Shown here in pieces: positions 1 to 8,132 of a DNA stretch of 43,524 nt (position 1 is its first letter; each line of letters starts with the position of its first letter). The stretch is from contig CAZLCB010000002.1 of assembly GCA_964558195.1 (NCBI GenBank), positions 1-43,524 of the forward strand, given 5' to 3'. Below the pieces are notes generated by a model that worked only from the letters and a program-made list of their open reading frames with translations, had not been told where the DNA came from and made no database searches. The translations under genes and the position numbers were made by a program. The stretch comes from an uncultured Gammaproteobacteria bacterium. GTDB lineage: Bacteria > Patescibacteriota > Microgenomatia > UBA12405.

Positions 1-26
1 GTAACTTCGGCTTGAACAGATTGAGT

Positions 27-54
27 GGAAAGCAGAAAGTAGAAAGTAGAAAGA
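27..54 (+). repeat. heptamer-periodic block GGAAAGC AGAAAGT AGAAAGT AGAAAGA
   Basis: Four consecutive 7-nt units read directly. Same word family as 10181-10260, 29271-29308 and 42707-42734. Confidence 0.7.
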
Positions 55-155
55 GCGAGAATTGTTTTAATTGTTTTGGCAGGTTTCACGGTAATTCGGG
101 ATTTTAATTTTTAATTTGATTTTTTATTAATTAATTCTAAACTTTATTTTAATAA

Positions 156-1577
156 TTAGAAAGTAGCGGTAGCAATAAAGTTAACCTCGTTTTGGTAAGT
201 GCCTGCCGGTTGTTGGTTGCCAACAGTGATACGGTAACAAATGTAAGCAGAGTCAGTGCCCGCAGGTACATTAGTTCGACTAAGGATAGTTTGAGCATTA
301 GCGTAACCAACACCAAAAGATTTATATTGACCAGAGGTGGTAATGCCCAGGGTAGCTCCGGCTGAAGTAGTTCCAACTTGGAGAGCATAACCGAAACCAG
401 AAGTAGTATTGGTGGTCCAAGCAGTAGCGGTAGTAGCACTACAAGAGCCATCACATTTAGTATCAGGAATAGTAGTGGCAGCACCAAGCATAGTAAGCTG
501 ACCGGATTCAAAGGTTTGAATAGTATACCCATTGGTAGCATTGGTAGTACATTGAACAAATTGAGCTAAGTTGTTAAAGGCAGATAGGTTAAGAGAACCA
601 AAATTAACACTGGCTCCAGTAGTATCAGCAGCACCATTACCTATGGCAGTGCCACAAAGATTAGTTCCCGGAGTAGTAACACCACTATTACCGACAGAAA
701 AAGTAATAGTTGGATCAACAGTGGCGGTGACGCGAACAGATTCAGTAACAGCAATTTTTCCTGAAGTAGTATCTTCGTCGATAACAGTACCAGCGGAATC
801 AAGATGGCGAAGAATGAAAGTATAAGTGTCAGCAGAAGCGTTAGCTTGACCAACAACATGGTTAGTGGCTGGCGCAGGATTTAGGAGCATATTACTAGCA
901 TTACCAATAACGATACTACCAGTAACACCAATAGGGTTAGTACCGCCTACAGGTAGAGTACAAGTGACAATGTGATATGAGTTACCAGAAACAATGGCGG
1001 TGGTACCAACATCACCAGCAGTAGCACCCCATGGACAGGTGACAGCGGCATTTAAAAGAGTACCTTGGTCAAAACCAGCGGTGTCGGGGGAATTGTCTGC
1101 TTGTGAAGTGCCGTTAGCTTTAATAAGAACTTGCCATTTACCAGCGGTAATAGAACTTTGAGGTTTAAAAGAAACAGTGTGAACGGCATATCGAGGAACA
1201 ATAACACTTAAACCAGCGGCAATATTACTTGATCCGATGGCAGTGTTGAGGGCGATACCATTATTGTCAACTAGACCTTTGATGATATAAGTATTGGTAC
1301 CACTAAGGCTATTTTGGATAGAAACAGTGTCACCAACGTCTAAATTGTAGTTATTAATAGAGAGAGTGGTACCAGTGGCAGTGACATAAATAACTGAATC
1401 ACCGGCAGTGTTACCAGTGCCAAGTCGGGCAAAATAAGAAAGTTGAGCCGAGGAAAGTTGGTCTTTTAATTCGGTAGATGGACTGGCTTGAGAATTGTTA
1501 GGGTTGGTGAGGTAAAAAAAAAGTGGCAAAAAAAAGACGAAGCACAGAGCACTTTTCCAAACTGAATGACGGTTCAT
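156..1577 (-). CDS. secreted surface protein, paralog A (shared C-terminal beta-rich module ending AGTYQNEVNFIATATF)
   Basis: Long ORF. I start it at the internal ATG 1577 (MNRHSVWKSALCFVFFLPLFFYL, a signal-peptide-like N-terminus). It is collinear with ORF 1972-3438 along its whole length (LKDQLSSAQLSYF, GKWQVL, CPWGATA, NPAPA.NH.VGQANASADTYTFI, IPDT.CD, YICYRIT). Confidence 0.75.
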   Translation of the reverse strand: MNRHSVWKSALCFVFFLPLFFYLTNPNNSQASPSTELKDQLSSAQLSYFARLGTGNTAGDSVIYVTATGTTLSINNYNLDVGDTVSIQNSLSGTNTYIIKGLVDNNGIALNTAIGSSNIAAGLSVIVPRYAVHTVSFKPQSSITAGKWQVLIKANGTSQADNSPDTAGFDQGTLLNAAVTCPWGATAGDVGTTAIVSGNSYHIVTCTLPVGGTNPIGVTGSIVIGNASNMLLNPAPATNHVVGQANASADTYTFILRHLDSAGTVIDEDTTSGKIAVTESVRVTATVDPTITFSVGNSGVTTPGTNLCGTAIGNGAADTTGASVNFGSLNLSAFNNLAQFVQCTTNATNGYTIQTFESGQLTMLGAATTIPDTKCDGSCSATTATAWTTNTTSGFGYALQVGTTSAGATLGITTSGQYKSFGVGYANAQTILSRTNVPAGTDSAYICYRITVGNQQPAGTYQNEVNFIATATF

Positions 1578-1751
1578 TTTTAGGTTTTTAAATAATGTAT
1601 ATATACAAGATAAATCGAAACAAATATCCTTGTCAATAAGCAAAACAGATTTTATTGGTAACAATTAGTTGGTGATAATTAGAATATTTTTGGATTTTAC
1701 AGAGACAAATAGTTGGTTTATAAATATGGTATAAAAATTTATTATCATATA

Positions 1752-1982
1752 ATGATAAGTAAGGAAGAAATTCATTTAGCTAAAAAAATAAGACAATACA
1801 GAAAGGAAGCTGGGTTGACTCAGGAGATAATGGCGGAAAAATTGGGTTTAAGTTCAAAGTATATTCAATTTATAGAGAATGGGAGACGAAGGCCGTCTTT
1901 GAAGGTGGTTTATAAAATTGCGAAGATACTAGGAGTGGATACTTGTAAATTGTTTTGTCCGGATAATCGACTTAAAAAGTAG
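1752..1982 (+). CDS. XRE-family helix-turn-helix transcriptional regulator
   Basis: LAKKIRQYRKEAGLTQEIMAEKLGLSSKYIQFIENGRRRPSLKVVYKIAKILGV is a typical Cro/C1 HTH. ATG at 1752 is preferred over the TTG at 1713. The 3' end overlaps the convergent gene by 11 nt. Confidence 0.8.
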   Translation: MISKEEIHLAKKIRQYRKEAGLTQEIMAEKLGLSSKYIQFIENGRRRPSLKVVYKIAKILGVDTCKLFCPDNRLKK

Positions 1983-3438
1983 CCGTAGCAATAAAGTTGA
2001 TTTGATTTTGGTAAACACCGGCTTCTTGGAAATTGGAAGCGGTGATACGGTAGCAGATATAGGCTCGGTCTTCGGTTGATGGAGTAGAATTTCGACTCAT
2101 AATGGTTCGAGCGTTAGCATAACCTTGACCAAATGGCTTGGCAGAAAAAACACTATTATGTTCAAAAGTGACTGGAGAACTATTGATAGATTCGAGAGAG
2201 TAGCCAAATTGAGAAGTACTAACATCAGTGTCCCAGTCATTGTTGGTGTTAAGATTACAAGCACTACCAGAATCACAAACAGTATCGGGAATAATACTAC
2301 TACTGCCAGCACTGGTAATAGTTAAAGGAGAATTTTCAAAAACTTGAACAGTGTAGCCACTAAGAGCGTTGGTAGAACAAGTAAATCGTTGAGCTAAGGT
2401 ATTAAATTGGCCAAGACTTAAAGAACCAAAATTAACTCCGGTGGCGGTAGTTTGAGCAGCTCCGTTAGAGAGAGTGGTGCCACAACGAGTAAATCCCGGA
2501 GTAGTGGTACCGATAGCGTCGATGTAAAAAGTAATGGTAGGGTCGATAATAGCGGTGACTTGAATTGATTCAGTAAGGGCGATTTTTCCAATAGTAGTGT
2601 CATTGTTAATGATATTACTCGACGAATCGGTGTGTCGGATAATAAATGTGTAAGTGTCGGCCGAAGCATTGGCTTGGCCAACAGTATGGTTAACGGCCGG
2701 GGCGGGATTAATCAACTGATGAACATTACCGATGATAATAGTTCCGGTTTCGCCACTGCCAACAGGGTTGGTTCCACCAGTTGGTAAACTGCAGGTAATT
2801 AGGTGGTAAGGTCCGGTAGAGCCAACACTTAATCCGGTAGTTAAAACTACAGTAGTACCGACAGAGGCAGTAGCCCCCCAAGGGCAAGTAATGTCGGTTG
2901 AAAGAAGGCCATTTAAATCAAAACCGCCCTGATCAGGCATGCCGTCGTCTGGTTTTTCGGCAGCAATACCGGTGGCTTTTAAAAGAACCTGCCATTTACC
3001 TTCTGTAACAGAGCTTTGAGGAGAAAAAGAAATATTGTGAACAGCTGATCGGGTGGCAACAACATAAGCATCGGCAAAAGTGTTGACGGCATCGAGACCA
3101 GTGTTGATAAAAATAGCATTAGTGCCGGCAATGTCACTAACAGTATAAATGGTGCTACCAGTAGTGGCTTTGGCGATAGCAATAGTGTCACCAATGAATA
3201 GATTGTAATTGTTATTGGAAGGGGCAGAGCCAGAATCAGTCATAACGGTGATCAAGGAATTATTTTCAGTATTATTAGCATCTAAACGACCAAAATAGGA
3301 GAGCTGAGCTGAAGAAAGCTGATCACGAAGATTGGTAACAGGAGTTGATTGGGTAGTTTTGGGGGAAACAAAGGAATAGCCGAGAGCACAAATGAAGGTA
3401 ATTAAAATAAAATAAATTTTAGAGCGATATTTGTTCAC
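1972..3438 (-). CDS. secreted surface protein, paralog B
   Basis: Paralog of 156-1577. A GTG at 3438 gives the signal-like N-terminus VNKYRSKIYFILITFICALGYSFV. The start is uncertain; the ORF track starts at TTG 3474. Confidence 0.7.
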   Translation of the reverse strand: MNKYRSKIYFILITFICALGYSFVSPKTTQSTPVTNLRDQLSSAQLSYFGRLDANNTENNSLITVMTDSGSAPSNNNYNLFIGDTIAIAKATTGSTIYTVSDIAGTNAIFINTGLDAVNTFADAYVVATRSAVHNISFSPQSSVTEGKWQVLLKATGIAAEKPDDGMPDQGGFDLNGLLSTDITCPWGATASVGTTVVLTTGLSVGSTGPYHLITCSLPTGGTNPVGSGETGTIIIGNVHQLINPAPAVNHTVGQANASADTYTFIIRHTDSSSNIINNDTTIGKIALTESIQVTAIIDPTITFYIDAIGTTTPGFTRCGTTLSNGAAQTTATGVNFGSLSLGQFNTLAQRFTCSTNALSGYTVQVFENSPLTITSAGSSSIIPDTVCDSGSACNLNTNNDWDTDVSTSQFGYSLESINSSPVTFEHNSVFSAKPFGQGYANARTIMSRNSTPSTEDRAYICYRITASNFQEAGVYQNQINFIATATF

Positions 3439-3555
3439 TAATAAGAGAATAATGTTTTTGGGAAATGTTTGCAAGATTTAAACTAGCTGAAGGTTGAAAA
3501 AAAGGCTGTTTTATATTAAAGTAAGACGTTATTAAAAATTAATAAGGAAGAATAT

Positions 3556-6201
3556 ATGAATAAATATGTCTACTTTTTCGGCGATGGTAAAGCTGAAGGC
3601 GACAAAGATATGAAATATATCCTGGGAGGAAAGGGAGCTAATTTGGCAGAAATGACCAATTTAGGAATTCCGGTTCCAGCCGGGTTTACTATTTCAACTG
3701 AAGTCTGCCGATACTATTATAATAATGGCAAGAAGTATCCAACAGAACTTAAAGAACAGATTAATGCGGGTTTGAAAAAACTTGAAGAAAGTACTGGTAA
3801 AAAATTTGGTGATGTCAAAAATCCGTTATTAGTCTCAGTCCGATCCGGAGCAGCAGCTTCGATGCCAGGAATGATGGATACTATTTTAAACTTAGGTTTA
3901 AATGAAAAAGTAGTCGCAGGAATGGTGGAAAAAACTGGTAATGCTCGATTCGTTTGGGATTCTTACCGAAGGTTTATCCAAATGTACTGTAATGTAGTAG
4001 AGAACATGGAACATGAAAAATTGGAACATGTAATCAATACAGTCAAGGCTAAAAAAGGGATCAAAGAAGACACTCAAATGACAGCCGAAGATTGGCAGGA
4101 AGTGGTTAAGGGTTATAAAGAAATTTATAAAGTAGAAAAAGGTAAAGATTTTCCTGAAAGTTCAGAAGACCAATTAAATGGAGCTATTGGAGCAGTTTTT
4201 GGTTCTTGGAATAATCCACGAGCAATTATTTATCGTCAATTAAATAAAATTGATGAAAGTAAAATTTTTGGAACTGCCGTCAATGTTCAATCAATGGTTT
4301 TCGGAAATATGGGTGATGATTGTGGAACCGGTGTGGCTTTCACTCGTAATCCATCAACTGGAGAAAACAAAGCTTACGGTGAGTATTTAATGAATGCTCA
4401 AGGTGAGGATGTGGTGGCCGGTATTAGAACTCCAAAAAAATTGGAAACTCTTAAAGAAGATAATGAAACTGCATTTAATCAATTAATGGATATTTTTAAG
4501 AAATTGGAAGGCCATTACAAGGATATGCAGGATGTTGAGTTTACAATTGAAAACGGTAAACTTTTTATTCTTCAAACCAGAAATGGTAAGAGAACCGCTC
4601 CGGCTATGGTAAAAGTAGCTGTCGATTTGGTAGAAGAAAAAATGATTGATGAAAAAACTGCTTTGACCAGAGTCGAAGCTGATAAACTCGACCAATTACT
4701 TCATCCAACTCTCGATCCAAAAGCAAAAGCTAATTTTAAAGTGATTACTAAAGGTTTACCAGCGTCCCCAGGTGCAGCTAACGGTCAAGTAGTTTTTACT
4801 GCCGAAGAAGCAGTTAAATGGGCTGAAGATGGTAAAAAAGTCATTTTGGTCCGAGCTGAAACTTCACCAGAAGATTTAGCTGGGATGAATGCAGCTCAAG
4901 GTATTTTGACCGCTCGTGGTGGTATGACTTCTCATGCAGCAGTAGTAGCTCGAGGTATGGGTAAATGCTGTGTTTCCGGATGTGGTGAAGTTATCGTCAT
5001 GACTGAGGCTAAAATGTTCAAAATTGGTGATCTCGAAGTCAAAGAGGGAGATATTATCACTCTTGACGGTTCAACCGGTGAAGTTTTCTTAGGCCAAGTA
5101 GCTACCACGGAAGCAACTTTGAGTGGAGATTTTGCAAAATTAATGAAATGGGCTGATGAAACCAGAAAATTGGATGTCAGAACCAATGCAGATACTCCAA
5201 AAGATGCTAAGGTAGCCCGAGAATTTGGAGCTCAAGGTATCGGTTTGTGCCGAACTGAACACATGTTCTTTGAAGAAGACAGAATTTTTGCCATTCGCCA
5301 AATGATAATTTCTGACACTGTCGAACAACGACAAGTGGCTTTGGAAAAAATCTTCCCAATGCAAAAGAATGATTTTAAAAAATTATTTGAAATCATGAAA
5401 GGTCTGCCGGTTAAGATTCGTTTACTTGATCCACCTCTACACGAATTCGTACCTCATGAAGATAAAGATATCAAAGCTTTGGCAGAAGAAATGGGAATTT
5501 CTTTTGAAAAACTCAAAGAAAAAGTTGAATCTCTTCACGAATTTAACCCAATGATGGGTCACAGAGGATGTCGACTTGGTGTCACTTTCCCAGAAATTAA
5601 CCAAATGCAAGTAAAAGCTATCATGGCAGCAGCTTGCGAATTGGCTAAAGAAACTGGTGAAAAAATCGTTCCAGAAATCATGATCCCATTAGTAGGGGAT
5701 GTAGAAGAATTAAAATGGCTTAAAGCCAAATTAATTCCAGTCATTGAGGAAACTATGAAATCTTATGGTGTCGAATTGAAATATGAAATCGGTACTATGA
5801 TCGAAATTCCTCGAGCAGCAGTTACTGCTGATGAAATCGCGGCTGAAGCAGAATTCTTCTCCTTCGGAACTAACGATTTAACTCAAATGACTTATGGATT
5901 CTCTCGTGATGATGCTGGTAAATTCATTAAAGATTACTTGCGCGAAAAGATTTTGGTTGAGGACCCATTCAAGAGTGTCGATCAAAAAGGTGTCGGTAAA
6001 TTAATGGAAATGGCAGTTAAATTAGGTCGAGAAGGTAATAAGGATTTGAATATCGGTATTTGTGGAGAACAAGGTGGAGACCCTGAAACAGTTAAATTCT
6101 GTCACAGAATTGGTCTTAACTATGTCTCTTGCTCACCTTACCGAGTACCAATTGCTCGTTTGGCTGCTGCACAAGCCGTTGTCGAAGAGGCCAAAAAATA
6201 G
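3556..6201 (+). CDS. ppdK: pyruvate, phosphate dikinase
   Basis: 881 aa. The N-terminus YVYFFGDG..GGKGANLAEM..GIPVP.GFTIST, the phosphohistidine region GGMTSHAAVVARG and the C-terminal PEP-utilising TIM barrel (GLCRTEHMF, FSFGTNDLTQ) are all present. Confidence 0.97.
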   Translation: MNKYVYFFGDGKAEGDKDMKYILGGKGANLAEMTNLGIPVPAGFTISTEVCRYYYNNGKKYPTELKEQINAGLKKLEESTGKKFGDVKNPLLVSVRSGAAASMPGMMDTILNLGLNEKVVAGMVEKTGNARFVWDSYRRFIQMYCNVVENMEHEKLEHVINTVKAKKGIKEDTQMTAEDWQEVVKGYKEIYKVEKGKDFPESSEDQLNGAIGAVFGSWNNPRAIIYRQLNKIDESKIFGTAVNVQSMVFGNMGDDCGTGVAFTRNPSTGENKAYGEYLMNAQGEDVVAGIRTPKKLETLKEDNETAFNQLMDIFKKLEGHYKDMQDVEFTIENGKLFILQTRNGKRTAPAMVKVAVDLVEEKMIDEKTALTRVEADKLDQLLHPTLDPKAKANFKVITKGLPASPGAANGQVVFTAEEAVKWAEDGKKVILVRAETSPEDLAGMNAAQGILTARGGMTSHAAVVARGMGKCCVSGCGEVIVMTEAKMFKIGDLEVKEGDIITLDGSTGEVFLGQVATTEATLSGDFAKLMKWADETRKLDVRTNADTPKDAKVAREFGAQGIGLCRTEHMFFEEDRIFAIRQMIISDTVEQRQVALEKIFPMQKNDFKKLFEIMKGLPVKIRLLDPPLHEFVPHEDKDIKALAEEMGISFEKLKEKVESLHEFNPMMGHRGCRLGVTFPEINQMQVKAIMAAACELAKETGEKIVPEIMIPLVGDVEELKWLKAKLIPVIEETMKSYGVELKYEIGTMIEIPRAAVTADEIAAEAEFFSFGTNDLTQMTYGFSRDDAGKFIKDYLREKILVEDPFKSVDQKGVGKLMEMAVKLGREGNKDLNIGICGEQGGDPETVKFCHRIGLNYVSCSPYRVPIARLAAAQAVVEEAKK

Positions 6202-6211
6202 GCTGTTTTGA

Positions 6212-6238
6212 TAGGGGTGTATTGTAATACGTCCCTAC
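6212..6238. repeat. degenerate copy of the REP-like palindrome (TAGGGGTGTATTGTAATACGTCCCTAC)
   Basis: Imperfect inverted repeat matching the perfect palindrome at 6624-6651. It lies between the ppdK stop and its terminator. Confidence 0.6.
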
Positions 6239-6250
6239 GCTTGGAATTTT

Positions 6251-6277
6251 AAACCCCGTCGAAAGGCGGGGTTTTTG
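6251..6277 (+). terminator. rho-independent terminator of ppdK
   Basis: AAACCCCGTC GAAA GGCGGGGTTTTT: GC stem with a GAAA loop followed by a T run. Confidence 0.8.
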
Positions 6278-6302
6278 GTGTGAGAAAAGGTTATTATTAT
6301 TT

Positions 6303-6893
6303 ATGGTTTTTTATCGAAGATCGATTCGATTAAAAGGATTTGATTATTCGCAGAATGGTTGTTATTTTGTGACGTTTTGCACATGGAAACGGTTGAATAT
6401 TTTAGGGAAAATTATTGATAATAAAATGGTGTTAAATAATTTGGGTGAGATTGTAAAAAATGAATTAATCAAAACAGAAAAGATTCGGGAGAATGTAAAA
6501 ATTGATGTTTTTCAAATTATGCCAAATCATGTTCATTTAATTTTGGTGATAAAAAATACCCCAGATATTAAAAATAATAATGTAGGGTATTGCGGGGGAA
6601 ATGTAGGGTATTGTGGGAAAGATGTAGGGGCGTATTGCAATACGCCCCTACGGGATAAAAATAAATTTACATCACCGAAAAATAATTTGGGATCAATAAT
6701 TAGAGGGATTAAATCAACGACAAGTAAACAGATTGGCCAGATTGAATTAGATGGTTTACCAGTTTGGCAGAGAAATTATTTTGAAATAATCATTAAAGAT
6801 GAAACAGAATATTTAAAAATTAAAAATTATATAGAAATTAATCCTGCTATTTGGAATAGAGATAGAAACAATTTGTTAGTAAAAAAGATATAA
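6303..6893 (+). CDS. IS200/IS605-like Y1 HUH transposase, REP-associated tyrosine transposase (RAYT)-like
   Basis: Contains the HUH motif MPNHVHLIL and the downstream tyrosine motif WQRNYFEIII. The length and N-terminus (GFDYSQNGCYFVTFCT) are typical of COG1943-type proteins. It also carries an internal palindrome. Confidence 0.8.
   Translation: MVFYRRSIRLKGFDYSQNGCYFVTFCTWKRLNILGKIIDNKMVLNNLGEIVKNELIKTEKIRENVKIDVFQIMPNHVHLILVIKNTPDIKNNNVGYCGGNVGYCGKDVGAYCNTPLRDKNKFTSPKNNLGSIIRGIKSTTSKQIGQIELDGLPVWQRNYFEIIIKDETEYLKIKNYIEINPAIWNRDRNNLLVKKI
6579..6641 (+). repeat. three tandem 21-nt units inside the RAYT-like gene
   Basis: The units are AATGTAGGGTATTGCGGGGGA, AATGTAGGGTATTGTGGGAAA and GATGTAGGGGCGTATTGCAAT. 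They encode NVGYCGG NVGYCGK DVGAYCN. Confidence 0.8.
6624..6651. repeat. perfect 28-nt palindrome GTAGGGGCGTATTGCAATACGCCCCTAC (REP-like)
   Basis: The sequence is self-complementary as read. Related copies lie at 6212-6238 and 26608-26631. Confidence 0.9.
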
Positions 6894-6911
6894 AATCGTT
6901 TCACCTGGTAT

Positions 6912-6940
6912 TTGTATTATAGGATAGAAAATGGTATAAT
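6912..6940 (+). promoter_or_regulatory. sigma70-like promoter: TTGTAT, 17-nt spacer, extended -10 TGGTATAAT
   Basis: Hexamers and spacing read directly. The module is homologous to 7524-7552. Confidence 0.5.
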
Positions 6941-7083
6941 ATGATGTTGGGTTAAATTCAAGTTTACTTGAATATTTAGCCAGAACTTTAAAAATCTTTA
7001 AACAGAAACTAAGAGAAAACAAACGAATTGTTGGTTGTTAGTTTCTGTTTGAAGAATGGGTGACAGGAGAAAGGAGTATTAGT

Positions 7084-7413
7084 ATGGATATGGGTACTTT
7101 AGCTGGTATTGGTTTGGTCTTACTCATAATCGTGTTGGCGGTAATATCAGCGTCGGATGAACCATCAAAGAAGAAGGTAAAGGGCAAAGTCTTGGAAAAG
7201 CATTTTGTTCCGTCACACGACGAGACCGTCATCTTAACGTCGATGATATTTGTTGATGGTGTGGCTGTTCCGTTACACACACCATCAAAAGAGCATCGCG
7301 ATGATGCTTGGTACTTGGTTGTCGAAGTTAAGGAGGGCAAGACTGAAAAATGTCTTGTCTCACGAGATGTTTACGACAAGGTTCAAGTTGGAGAATTTAT
7401 TGATCTGAAATAA
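7084..7413 (+). CDS. small membrane-anchored hypothetical protein (GC-rich orphan unit)
   Basis: An AAGGAG SD lies 7 nt before ATG 7084. There is an N-terminal TM helix (LAGIGLVLLIIVLAVI). GC content is clearly higher than in neighbouring genes. The gene has its own promoter and terminator. Confidence 0.6.
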   Translation: MDMGTLAGIGLVLLIIVLAVISASDEPSKKKVKGKVLEKHFVPSHDETVILTSMIFVDGVAVPLHTPSKEHRDDAWYLVVEVKEGKTEKCLVSRDVYDKVQVGEFIDLK

Positions 7414-7448
7414 TAAGTCAGAAAGACAAAACCAACTTGAACAATTTG

Positions 7449-7505
7449 CCGGGTGGCGATTGGGTGAGCGAAAGCTTGCACTGATTGTCATCCGGTATTT
7501 TTTTT
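7449..7505 (+). terminator. long GU-rich hairpin with GAAA tetraloop plus T run
   Basis: A 21-bp stem (7449-7469 with 7474-7495) has one bulged A and about 7 GU wobbles, followed by TATTTTTTTT. It folds only as plus-sense RNA. Confidence 0.7.
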
Positions 7506-7523
7506 GGAAATGGTGGGTAATAT

Positions 7524-7552
7524 TTGTATTATAGGTGGTGCTTTGGTATAAT
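7524..7552 (+). promoter_or_regulatory. sigma70-like promoter: TTGTAT, 17-nt spacer, TGGTATAAT
   Basis: Same architecture and flanking sequence as 6912-6940. Confidence 0.5.
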
Positions 7553-7701
7553 TCGCGGGTTGAATTTTAATTCAATTTTGATTGAAGATTCAGTCAGAAC
7601 TTTAAATATTTAGCTGGGTAAAAGGTGTGGAATATTTTGTAAAAAGGGAATGGTTTTGAACTTAACTCCGCGAGGAGTAAGAATAGAAGGAGGAAGGGCT
7701 T

Positions 7702-8049
7702 GTGTTTATCTCTGTTCCTGTGAACTGGGTCCATGTTCCGGCGGATGATTGGCAGAGATGTTGGCGAGTGTTTGAAGTTCTTGAACTGAAGATAGAACCG
7801 GTTCGAGTGCTTTGCCCTTGTCAGGTGCCAAACAGCTTTGTCCTTGTGGCGTATGCTAAAGAGCCTGGGGCTCGCCCTCCGTATGAGGAGCACAGATTTA
7901 TCCTGATCAATGACTCACAAGAGCTTGTCAATGCTTTTAAAGTATTGATAGAGATGGATGAACAAGGGTATTCTGACAGGGAAACCTATTTCATGTTGAT
8001 CGAGGAGGCTAAGAATCAGGTGAAGGCGATGGCCAGCCCTTTCAAGTAA
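7702..8049 (+). CDS. hypothetical protein (GC-rich orphan unit)
   Basis: A GGAGG SD lies 8 nt before GTG 7702. The 115-aa ORF is about 50 percent GC by eye. I recognise no family. Confidence 0.55.
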   Translation: MFISVPVNWVHVPADDWQRCWRVFEVLELKIEPVRVLCPCQVPNSFVLVAYAKEPGARPPYEEHRFILINDSQELVNAFKVLIEMDEQGYSDRETYFMLIEEAKNQVKAMASPFK

Positions 8050-8055
8050 GGAAAC

Positions 8056-8131
8056 TCAACCTCGTATTAGGGGCTGAAAACTTTAGTTCCGGTAGTGGAA
8101 CAATAGGTTTTTGGTCCCTTGGAGGTTGAGA
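8056..8131 (+). terminator. long composite hairpin downstream of 7702-8049
   Basis: The outer stem is ACTCAACCTC with GAGGTTGAGAG. The inner hairpin is GTTCC GGTAGT GGAAC, and there is an internal T run. The 3' arm also supplies a GGAGG before the next ORF. Confidence 0.45.
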
Positions 8132-8132
8132 G

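Noticed and set aside
1588-1612. dif-like AATAATGTATATATAC between surface paralog A and the HTH gene
   Set aside because: It lacks the two Xer-binding arms and dyad symmetry of known dif sites. It is most likely just AT-rich promoter DNA.
8056-8131. Integron attC-like site (ACTCAAC ... GTTGAGA resembles RYYYAAC ... GTTRRRY), with the orphan array as gene cassettes
   Set aside because: The core match is imperfect. The other inter-ORF hairpins lack these cores. Each unit appears to have its own promoter, and no intI integrase is present in the window.
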